Positions 49,386 to 60,932 of a stretch of DNA of 64,000 nucleotides are shown one piece after another. The stretch is taken from positions 23,624,001-23,688,000 of the forward strand of contig CM119371.1 in NCBI GenBank assembly GCA_051294905.1. Direction: 5' to 3'. The position numbers were made by a program, and so were the translations under genes. Position 1 is the stretch's first letter; each line of letters starts with the position of its first letter. The notes under the pieces are model-generated. The model saw only the letters and a program-made list of their open reading frames with translations. It ran no database searches and had not been told where the DNA came from. This stretch comes from Botryllus schlosseri. Taxonomy: Eukaryota.

Positions 49386-52300
49386 GCGACGGTTGTAGTT
49401 ATTTAGTGTGGCTGTTCAGAAACTCGGAATATTTTGTTTTTACAGTGTATCATCAGCTTACCTTAATGATTTATGTATTGTTTAAATCTTTGAAGCGGGC
49501 TTAGAGGCTGGTGTGCCTCTGTGAGCGGATCTTACTAGCGAAAATTCGTCGCAGCGTCATTAAATCATTATAACACATTACATAAGTTATTATTGTTTCA
49601 ATCCAGAAATTCGCTTGTTATATATATATTTCTCACTGATATAAAAGTAATATTGATTTAACACTACGACATCTGCAAAGTGCAAGTACGATGAAAGTTG
49701 CGAATAGTTATCACAAAAGTGGTATCGGATATTATCTTGTTTCAACTGATACCAATGTTGGGAATAAATACATTTCACAAAGTGGACCTATTACTACGTT
49801 AAATGTCATCAGGATAATGGGATCTATTCCGTTATGATCATGAACTTGCTGGAAGAATCAGGGTAGCTAAACGTTGTACCATTGCGAAGCCCCGCTGTAT
49901 GTTGCTGATTGTAAATGTTTCGCACAATTACTGGGGTAGCATGAAAATCAGTCGCCAGACAAATACGCAAGGAGGAATGTGACTATAGAAGACTGCAATG
50001 ACAGCAACGTTGAAGATTCTGGAGATCTTATCTCATAATACGGTGACATTCAGCTGTGGATTCGAAGACTGCATCTTAAGGCAGGGAGCAAATGATGCAC
50101 TGCGAATGATATTGGGCGCCTTGAATATTGTGAACTACAGACACTGCTCAACGAAAATGGCTTGCAAGATAACTAGGTTACTCTCCAGTCTCCAATTGCA
50201 GTGCAGATGGCTCAGTTTTATGCACTTGGCAAGCATTTTTGCATGTTACCCGTCATATTACAACTTTACAAGGTGTCATCTGTCTGTGTTTTGGTTTGTT
50301 ATCAATAGTGTCTTCTGGTAAGATCTATCGAAAGATATTGGAAGAAAAACTTACAACACTCCGGAAAAATATCTGTAGTAATCTCCGAGTCCACTCCGAG
50401 TATCACAAAATTCGCAAACCTCCGCTCCGAATACAATCCGACTCCGCTCCGATGCTCATCACTAATATACATTAAACCAGAGGTCTCAAACACGCGGTAT
50501 GCGGGCCGCATGCGGCCCGCCAGAGCATTTTCTACGGTCCGCGACGACATTTTAGATTTTTAACAACAATGGGCCGTTCGGCGTTCCGACATTTCAATCA
50601 CTAGGACACATTCTTTAATATATTATATTTATATTTATATTTGTTTCTGCTCCTATATTTGAAGATACTTGGCCATGAGAATAATAGCCTATTATACCCG
50701 AATCCTGGATTGGAATTACAATGGTCAACCTAAAAATGTTTTGATATCAGATCAGTCTCTATTATCGATTTATTAAATTCAAAATATTCATAGTAGCTGC
50801 AAAATTATAACCCGGTAGCTTTTATCATGGCATCATACATTTGTCCGCCTGTCAGGGGCGGGCAACATACGGCCCGCGAAGGGATTTTGTCCGGCCCGCG
50901 GACAGTTTTCCGTCTTATATGATAATGTGGCCCGCGGCTACAGTCTGCCGAGATACCCCGCTACTTGCTTACCACGTGAAATTTTAGTGACTGTTTGTTA
51001 TTTTATACATGTATGCGCAGTGCGCAGCGTGCATGCGCAGTGCGCAGTGGGCGAGTTGAGCTTGCGCGTAGGTTCATCGCAGCGAGAAGACTTGCATTAT
51101 CGGCATTTACGATGTACTCAACCCTAATATCGTTTGTGGTAATCATGGTGTTTGTAGACTACAATGGTCATGTACACCAGACCGATATTTCTAATTTTTG
51201 ATTCCGTAACCGCAGACTTGTAGCACGGCACATGCACTTGTAAGCTTTTGTAAGACACAGCTTATGCCAGGACTCGCCAACTCAAAACGGGTCGCGGGTC
51301 ACTTTTCAAATTTCGTAGAAGCCGCGGTCCGCATGAATTTAATGTCGAGATAAAATAGGCCACGCAAATGAACAACGGCGCTATCTCATCACCTACTCAG
51401 CCCTAATGAATTGATATCCTGGTAAATTTGGGGTACCGGGCTTATCAAACGCCTTGAAATATTAATTAGGGCTTGCACCGTGTGTTGATTGATCACAGCA
51501 TGGTGTCCTATATGGTGTGTACACAAGCAAATCCCACGGCTCCGTGAAATTGGTCGACGTCACACTTTCAAAGGCAATTTGACGGTAACTTTTGACCGGC
51601 TTGCCGAGCATTAAATTTGATAATACGGGTATCAATCAAGCTACCGTGGTACTGATTGCGAAAATATAAATTCTATTCTGCTCGTGGTCCTGGAACCCGC
51701 CCAAATCAGCTTCGAATGTTGTATCGTAACGAAGTTTATGACGCAACCATGCCGTCTGGGAGCAGGTGAGGAGCAGAGTAAACCGCAAGCTTATTGGTCA
51801 TTGCTGTGCATTCAATTGATCATTCACACTCTTAGGCCCTTTTCATACCAGATTTACGAAACTCTTTCGGGAACAAGTTCCGAAACAGGCGATGTTCACA
51901 TAGAGAAAATATTACCGGAACAGTTCCGGGAAAAGGACGCGTTCATACCTATTTAGAGTTACCGCGAACTTATGTTCACACAGGTCGTGTTTTCGGTAAA
52001 TTCGCGGGAAATTATGGCCAGTATGAACGCGATTCTCCGTAACTGTTGATGGTTACGAAACCATGTCTGTGGGGTGTTCCAGTATTAATATGCTTGTGGA
52101 AAACAATGTGGGAGAGGCATATACGTGAGATGCGGAGAAGTTGGCTCCAACTTTTAGCTATGGGATGTTGCGGATATGCCTTCTCGAAGTGTATGGGGCT
52201 CTATACTCAATATCTGTATCAGTAATAGAGCCCGAGTATGTTCCTGACTTGTATATTATCAACCGAAGCTGAGAGCAGAAACTGAAAGCCAGCAAAGAGG

Positions 52301-53783
52301 ATAGAGTCCTGGAATGAAAAGAACCACCGATCAGGCGATCACATCTGCGTACGAGGTACGACAAAGTCAGTTTATCTTTGTGATTGCTGTATAATGGTTT
52401 GGGTAGATCTAATCTTATGTACACTATACAGAGAAACCAGGGAAATCGAGAAATTCGTGAGAGAAACATTTGGTATACTCTGCGACGAGCTTCGAGACCA
52501 TAACGAAAAGCAGCAAGCAAATTACACGAACTCAATTTCTCTTGCTTGCTGAGTAGCTGTCGCTCTTTGGCGGCTAGCCAATGAAGCCAATCGTTTATAG
52601 ATCCAGGTAAACATCAGATGTATTTTAAGAATGCAACTGTCACAAGTTGATTTTAATAAAAATTGCTGGTGCCTAGTAGGGCTAGCCACAGTGATTCGAA
52701 TACTCAAATCTGAATCGAGTATTAATTTTATTGATTCGAGGCGAGTAGTAAAATACTACTTTTCGAGCAGGCTACTGAAATTATACTGAAAGTTGATTTA
52801 CTAACGAGAATTATACCATAGTTTTGATAAACTTTACCACTGAGTAAGCCTTGAAACCTTGATTGGCCGTGTCGCAACATACGAGATATAGTACAAAGCT
52901 ACACTGTAAAAAATCTGGTAGATTTACTGGGAAATCTCTGTAAATTTTGCAACGAATGACCGGTCGCAGCCAATAACTGTGCGTAGCTTGTAATGTTACA
53001 TTTTGATATGTAATATTACCTCAATTTAGCTGTAAAGTCAAGTAACCAGAATTTCTTCGCAAAATTACTGACAGTTACTCGTTACTGAAGTTTACCAGGC
53101 TATTGGGAAAATTGATTAGCTTGAAAATCTCTGCAGCCAATTTATACGTGGAACTGAATGTTACTGATATCATTCTCGTGGTGATTTGACCTGATTCAAC
53201 CTTGTTCGCGAGACTGGGGTCTGTCATACGGAAATTGTTGGCCCTAGTACCAATTTCAGTATAGTACATAGTAGGGTAAAAGAAACAACTGGCAATCGTA
53301 GCTAATGTGGTACACCATAGCCACTATATTATATTATAAGGCTATGGCCATAATGCCGGTCTCGCTGGTTACATTCGTTGTCACGGATAGGACTGATGAG
53401 TTAGAATATCAGTTTAGGATGCATAATATTGTTCGGGAAACTAGAAATATCAGCACCGCATGCTCTGTTGACCATTTGTTAATGGCGAACAAGGCGACCT
53501 GTAATAGGTGACATTAGGTTCTGAGATTCGTAGTAAACAACCAACGCACAACTGTGACATCACAAGCATCGTCTGGTTTAGCAGGTACGGTAAGTAGTGA
53601 ACAACATATGGAATAAACATCAATTTATACGCAATTAGATGGAGAAGAAAGGGACTATATGTAATGATAAATGTTTCTGTATGAAAAAAACGACCTAAAT
53701 CAGACATTATAACGCAGTGGCCAGTAAATATTATTGGTGGCATGTCAGCGGATGAATACCGCTTATTTCGAAATCGTTCGAGT

Positions 53784-54881
53784 CAGAGATGCCACTCCTG
53801 GGTTTTTCCACCCAGATCTGGGTTTTTTGAGCGTCACCTGGGTTTCTGGGTTTTTATCCTTGAAATCTGGGTTTTTTTTCAACATCCAGTTCGCCAGGTC
53901 AGTTTTACGCTCGAAAATTAATTATTAGATTAGTATGGTCGCAATATCGTAAAATGCACGCACTTCAGTTCGCCATTGTCGATGGATTTTGCTGTTATTG
54001 TAACGACAGAGTGTTGAGAATCTATTTCACTACTAAAATGAGAGGCTTCGGCTTGATGCGATGGAGCTTCGTTTAATGGTAACTTCCAGGTCGCAGAAAG
54101 TCATGTTCATATAGAACGATTGCCAGTAGCGAACTCGGCACTTGGTGAACTTGGTGAACAATTCGGCATGTATCGATAAATATATCATGTAACTGTATGG
54201 TATGCACGCAAGCACATGAACAGACCAGGTGATGATCCGACTAATATAATCCTATTGTTATCTGAGTATATTTAGTTCCTACAGGGACACTCAGAGAGAG
54301 AGAGAGAGTTAGTTAGTTGGACACCCCTAGCAAGTTAATCAGAGGCATTGGTTATCAGCATATTCGAAACCTAACCCTAACCCTGAATTTCATGATTTGG
54401 CAGTTATTCATTTCCACTATAGATTGGTCTGTGATTATTACAAATAAAAGTGATTGTCGTCGGATCAATCAATCGAAAGCTACTTTTAAGCTGTTCAGGT
54501 CGCTGAAAATACATGAAATCATCCTTAGAAATAGGGAATGGATGGCATTGCATTGAACTTTCGCAGCGCGATGATATAATTAGTACCGGTACACTATTAA
54601 GTATTCACGCTGCGCCACAATTGTTTCATTGCAACGTGTCGAGAGGAAAACAACATGTTTTTAGTGTGATTCGCAGTGTTAACCAAGCAAAATGTGTATT
54701 ATGAACTGTTGTAAATTCAATATCGAAGGCTGCAATGACTGAATAAGTGTATGCGACGACTATCAGGCACCACTTTCACAGGTATCTCGTGTCTTTTGAG
54801 TGAAATATAGGATCTGGGTTTTTCTGGGTTTATTTCGCCTCCACATCTGGGTTTTTCCGAAATATCCCAGTGGCATCTCTG
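53784..54881. mobile_element. hAT-type MITE (CTGGGTTTTT arrays), left copy
   Basis: TIR CAGAGATGCCACT / AGTGGCATCTCTG; left flank GTTCGAGT, right flank GTATAGAT. Confidence 0.92.
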
Positions 54882-55095
54882 GTATAGATAACTAACCTAC
54901 GGATGGATACGCAACACCCGACGTCACGCTTGCTTGTCCGGAGGTAATTACTGCTCAGCAATCTGAACGCAACATAAATTGCTAAGCCCATAGCTGACGA
55001 CCCGCGCGCGGAAGAGGAGCCCAGATAAACCAACGACGGGAACCGAATCGAATCCGATCCGTCAGATTGGTGGGCGCTTATCGTAACCACTACAC

Positions 55096-56339
55096 CAGGG
55101 GTCACCAACGTGGTGCCCGCGGGCACCAGGTAGCCCGCGAGGAACAGACGAGTAGCCCGCGAGACTGTTTTAAAAACAGATCGAATAGCAGCATTTACCA
55201 ATGTTCGTCAGATTATTACCAGCGAGCTTTTAAATATATAGATTGAGATTTAGCTATTCTTGTTTAAATCACATTGTAGCTTACAAATGTCAATACATAA
55301 TTAACACTCAAAATGATGATATCAAATTTTCATCAATTACAATTAGTAATATACCAACATGTAATAGAACCACAAGATATCGAAGACGTAGGATACGGCG
55401 CACTTCCTATACAATCGACATGACGGAATGCCATCCACGGTCTTCTTGAAATGGCGGGGGGTTCCGTTATGGTAGCTCGACGTCCAGGACAATCCCAAAG
55501 TAGTAAACAACATTACTATTCGGTAGCAGATAGCGGTGAAGTACTAGCAGATTTTCAATATGTGTATGTCCATTTCGTATTGCATCTTTTGACACGGCTC
55601 ATTTCTCTTACACTCAACGCAGTTTAGTACCATATTTCTAACTTTTCGTAATCGATGCTGCTGTCAGGTATATTGAAATCTGTTATGTCTGGATGCTGAA
55701 CAGTTAAAAATTGAAATTGTAACACTGCAAAATGACCTCCACCTCAAAGCCCACAAGGCTGCAGCTAAACTTTTGGTTCCTTGTTGACTTGGAAACGTAC
55801 AGTGGCGTATGCGCAGCAGCTATGACGGCTGCAAGCGTGCTTGGTTCAACTTATCGCTGTGAATCAGCCTTTGCGGACATGAACTTAATCAAAAACAAAT
55901 ACAGAACAGAACTCACTAATGCACATCGGGAACACTCACTCAGAGTTGAAGTGTCAAGTTACATCTTACTACAGTACAGCGCACTAGTTGATTGCATGCA
56001 ATGTCAGGCCTGCCACTGACTGATATAGAAACAGATAACATGGTGTCCAGTCTAAAGTGTGACATAATTTATTTTAAAATTTGACTTGACTGTTGCTGTA
56101 TAATTTATATAGACACGGTGCGAAGTAATTCGTGGTCTTAGTGCTTAGCTGGTTGAAATGTGATGTTTTGATTTAGACTCTCGTAGGATTCTTACCGCAA
56201 TGTGATTCCTGCCCAGTGTTATGAATATCAAAGCGGAAATTCAATCTGGTACGGGTAAACGGCGGGAGTAAATGGCAGCCCGTCACTGCAATCAATACCC
56301 AAAAGTAGCCCTTGGTTGCAAAAAGGTTGGTGACCCCTG
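55096..56339 (+). mobile_element. Deleted hAT Buster/Charlie element retaining the transposase C-terminal dimerisation region
   Basis: TIR CAGGGGTCACCAAC; flanks CACTACAC and CACTACAT. Peptide at about 55690-55975: EQLKIEIVTLQNDLHLK, a frameshift, then NFWFLVD...GSTYRCESAFADMNLIKNKYRTELTNAHREHSLRV. Confidence 0.92.
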
Positions 56340-56664
56340 CACTACATTATCTCCCACGCCATCTTTTGGTGGTATGATCTGATGAAATTTTAAATAAAAC
56401 GAATGAAGCAGTATCTCAACCACTGGTGACTTTTGGGGTTGTCGACGGGCCCCCTCTTTGGTCAATCATCAACTCTCTGCATTTGTTAGAAAAGTCACAT
56501 ATCCCGATAATCATCAAGTCTTTGCATGCGGTAGAGGTAATTAGTTTTGATGTAGTCTATCCTTTCAACCGTGCAATCGTTGATATGACCTAATGCAGCG
56601 CCTGGCTCAAACCTTGACGTGGTGTGCTGGCTAATCGCTAATATCAGCCGATAGCTTACCAGAG

Positions 56665-57743
56665 CAGGGATGCCACTCCTGGGTTTTTCCACCCAGATCT
56701 GGGTTTTTCGAGCATCGCCTGGGTTTCTGGGTTTTTGTCCTTGAAATATGGGTTTTTTCAACATTATGTTCTTCAGGTCAATTTTAAGCTCGAAAATTAA
56801 ATATTAGATTAGTAAGATCATAATGTCGTAAAATGGACCTCTTTCAGTTCGCCATAGCAAGGATATATAGAACTGTAGAATTCTACAGATATCCCTCCGC
56901 CATTGTCGATAGATTTCGTTTTCATTGTAACAGCGTAACGAGTTATCGTAACGAGTCTTGAGACACTGTCTCACTCGCAAAATGAGAGGCATCGGCGTGA
57001 TGCGATGGAGCTTCATTGAAGACGGTCAATTTCCAAGTCGCAGAAAGTCATGCGATGTTCATAGGGCAACACATTGGATTTTGGAACCGTCGTATTGCTA
57101 TTTAAAACGATTTAAGAATCGAATGCTAGTATCATTCCAATGGATTTGTCATGTATCAATAAGTAACATGATAACCTTATATTATGCAGATGGGGATCTA
57201 AGTATATTAACTTCCAACAGTGACCCTCTGAGAGAGACGGTCGCACACCTTCAGCTATTGAGTTAGTCTGAGGGGTTGGGTATCAGCACATTCAAATATA
57301 CCCTGAATTTCATGATTTGGCAGTTTTTTTTTCGACTAAGCTTGCCTGTCACATTATCCCAGGAGTAATGGTCAGGTCGCTGCATGGAAATATTGAAAAT
57401 CACCCTCAGAGATGAGGAATGGCATTGTTATGAACAACATTCGTGGCACGGTGATATAATACATTGTTGATCAATGACGCCGCGCAATGCGTTGAGAGGA
57501 AAACAGCATATTTTTGTGGGATTTGTTTAGTTAACCGGGAGAAATGTATAGTATGAACTGTTGTATTTCCATAATCAAGGGCTAAAACTTACTTCTATTA
57601 CTGTATGACTGTAATAATGACTGTCAGTTTCCAGTTTTACAGCTATCTAATAGCAATTTAAGTGAAATATAGAATCTGGGTTTTTCTGGGTTTATTTAGC
57701 GTCCACATCTGGGTTTTTCCGAAATATCCCAGTGGCATCTCTG
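56665..57743. mobile_element. hAT-type MITE (CTGGGTTTTT arrays), right copy, same orientation
   Basis: TIR CAGGGATGCCACT / AGTGGCATCTCTG; left flank TACCAGAG, right flank GTTCGAGT. Confidence 0.92.
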
Positions 57744-58653
57744 GTTCGAGTGTCGTATCGTCGTCTGGCCATTATTGAGATTTGAGCAAAGGGTGGAGCG
57801 AAGCTTGTTGTGCTTGAAGAAAGTGGACACGATCGTTGAAGATTCCTAGGAATGCTGAATGGCATACGCATCGTAAAAGGTACAGTACTACATAGTATTC
57901 TTTACCGTGAATCTCTACGACTGTGCACACCACCGGGATGACTTTGATTTCATGATTGAAATATTTCATTCGCCGCATTCTCTGTTCTATTTTGGGATAT
58001 TAGTCGACTTATAAAGTGACCTGTGACACCACATACTCCGCCGCGGAGGAGTTGAAACTGTAGGTATGTTTATGTCATTTTCGGGCCATAGCATAAAGAT
58101 GTTTTCATCCACTTCTGGATTTGTTTGGCACACATCCAACTCAAATGAGGAACCTTTTGCTTCAATACATGAGGCTAAACATGTGTTTCTCAACCATTTT
58201 CAGAAGACGATTGTTGAAGATGAAAATTATTTCGTATTCAAGAAAGATCGCCAAATTCAAACTCCAGCAGCCGCGCTCAACTTCATTTGAGCAAATTTTT
58301 GATATTCTTTGAAGATTTAGAGGAATTCCCACGTGGAAGTCATTCATTACTTCATAGCTTCCCTTGCCCTTCATAGCTTGCCCTCAATTAAGCTACCCTA
58401 TATCAACACAATTTACTTCAATTCCAAAACTGATCAAATTGGGCATGGCAGTACAGAATGATGCCTTGTTCTCTGTAGTCACTTCCAGCATTAGGATTAG
58501 TCTCAGTGCAACCTACCTTGAAATAAATTGATGTCCTGCTCAATGTTTCTTTTGCTATTTTCAAACAAGTTTGGGGAAATTAGTCAGAAATGATAAAGAC
58601 TCGAATACGGATTCAAACTTGGCGTAAGACATCCCATATGTATACTAATAGAT

Positions 58654-59465
58654 CAGGGATGGGCAATCTGCTGCAGTAGAAGGGAGTTTGTGTGGCCGTC
58701 GACACCTAATTCAATTAGTATGTGTTAGCATCCGTCGACATGCAAATTGAAATTACTAATTCATCCCAATTTTTCAAGAGATTTTAATTAATCTTGAAAT
58801 TTTCTTCGCGCTCCACGCAATTCAACGTAACTAAATTTTTCAATTCTAATATAGTAGCGCCCTTCTAAATCTGAGCAGACATCAGAATCGTGTGCTCACG
58901 AAAGAAATTTTTCTATGGTACATTTGGGCGATTTCAATATATTTCCACTACTGATACGATGGACAATCCTGATGGGGGGTCAACAAATAACAGCATGCGA
59001 CAAAGTGCATGACTAATAACAATTGGCCCACACAAAGATACATTATCAATTATAACTTGCCCTAAATTTTCGAAAGCACTCCGTCCATGAACCCTACCGG
59101 TGAATCTGATGATATGGGCTGAAAAAGGATAAATATTTGACAGTAATATGTAATACTGCTACTATTACTTAAGGTATTCATTCGTGAATCTAAAAAAAAT
59201 TCGCGCTCCGCTCTGCACGAAAATATGGAATCCCAGCAACTACTCATAGCATTGCCACTCGCGATTTCGGTGTGTACAATAGCCCTTTGTGAAAAGTATA
59301 ATGGTCCAGAGTTCACCGGGAAAGGATATGGACATTGGACAGATTAACATAGCCTATCTCTATATTAGATGATGTGCTCTTTTTGACATGACAATAAGTG
59401 CAGGGGGCGCAATTTTTTTGGCCATCGCCAAGGGGGCGCATGTTCAAAAAGGTTGAGAACCGCTG
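58654..59465. mobile_element. Degenerate hAT-type MITE
   Basis: CAGGGATGGGCAA...GGTTGAGAACCGCTG; flanks TAATAGAT and CATTAGAT (6/8 match). Confidence 0.4.
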
Positions 59466-60932
59466 CATTAGATGAAGTAAGTCATGACTCATGCTATATC
59501 ATGTAAAAGGCGGAGCCGTCATCACACAATGTACCAGTACCGGTACTTCAAAAATTGTGATATTTTTGTTAGCCTATTTGTCTTAGTAGTCTTTATAATG
59601 TCATGTCTAGGCTATAAACTTTGCTTAATATATCAACTTATGCATGAATTCTTTTTAGTGGAACTGCAAGATACTAGTTACACAGAAGGAATGAGGACGA
59701 GAAAAAGAAACAATTGGAAGTTTGTCCGATGGTGGGAGACCACCCGTTTTACTGCATGTCTCCTAAAGAAGAATTAGACCTCCAGCAGCAATACTTTTCC
59801 ATCGATAACCTTCTCATCGTGAATCATGAATGAATATACAGTTTGTTCCAATGTCGTTTTGGGGGTGTGAAGAAGCTTTTGCGATATTTTAGCATCGGGT
59901 TGCTTTGCGATAGGTATGGGGTGTACGTTAATTTACAAGCTGATATGTAATCCTGATTTACACAGACAGCATGTAGGTTGGTAGGCGGTAGAATTACAGT
60001 CTCAGGGGCAAATATACAGGAGAAAATGTAGATTGGATATACCGGAGGTGACTGTAACATTACAGTCTGGCGTGTAAAGTGAGATTACCGGACGAGTGTA
60101 AGTTAAATTTACATTGACTAGCGGTAATGTTACATTACCACGAAATGTCTGGCTACCGTGCTTCCAAACATTTCGCGGTAAATCGAGGTATTTTTTTTTA
60201 CAGTGTACGAACGTTGCTGGAAATAACACATTTCCGAAGTCATGACCATCCCATAAATAACACTGTCAAGCAGTGCAATGAAAACGGTATGGTCGAAAAC
60301 ACATTAAAGTATCTTTAATGTGACGGGCAATAGGCGTTATGTTCTTTATGGTGGCATAAAAGGTAGCCTACACATTTGAATTTTTGGCATGGTACATTGT
60401 GTTGTGATGTCATCATGATGATACTCGACTCGAAGCGCAATAAGTGATTCAGAATCGAATCACTCAGGTACTCAATTTTGCCCAGCCGTAGTGCATAGTA
60501 ATATTTCTATATTTGTCATGGCAGAATGTCAGCCAGTTTTTGCGTAGCATACCACTGCAAAAAGGTCAGACAAATTTGGTCTTGAATCATTATGTCAGAA
60601 AAAGAAGTCTGAAAGACCAATTGTTCTTGCCAAGTAGGCTACTTTCTGTCTCAAAAGTAAGACCCAAATTGATGGAAAATAGACTTAAACTGGAAACTGA
60701 GCAATCAACACAATGACTTGGACTCAAGTCATAAAACCATGACTCGAACTCGACGCTCTGCTCGATGAGTTGGACTCGGATTTGACTCGGTGATAAATTG
60801 AAAATGACTCGACTTGAATCTAGTCAAAACTATTGAAGTGGGATCGACTTGTGACTTGGTTACAACCCTGCTCACTTGACTGAAATTGCGGAAAATGAGA
60901 CCAAATTTGTATATTTTTTGTAGTGTAGTCAG

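Larger units (their letters stand above)
52902..60205. mobile_element. 7.3-kb CACTG-ended (CMC/EnSpm-like) non-autonomous element
   Basis: TIR CACTGTAAAAAA / TTTTTTACAGTG, TA TSD, and TTAC/GTAA subterminal repeats; host sequence AAAGCTA|CGAACG resumes exactly. Confidence 0.88.
52677..60490. mobile_element. TAGGGCTGGGCA-family MITE (inverted copy) split by a 7.3-kb insertion
   Basis: 52677-52901 and 60206-60490 join into the reverse complement of the 26987-28138 host; flanks GTGCCTAG and GTGCATAG (7/8 match). Confidence 0.88.

Noticed and set aside
54368..54384. Interstitial telomere (CCCTAA)n
   Set aside because: Only about 2.5 units, inside a MITE.
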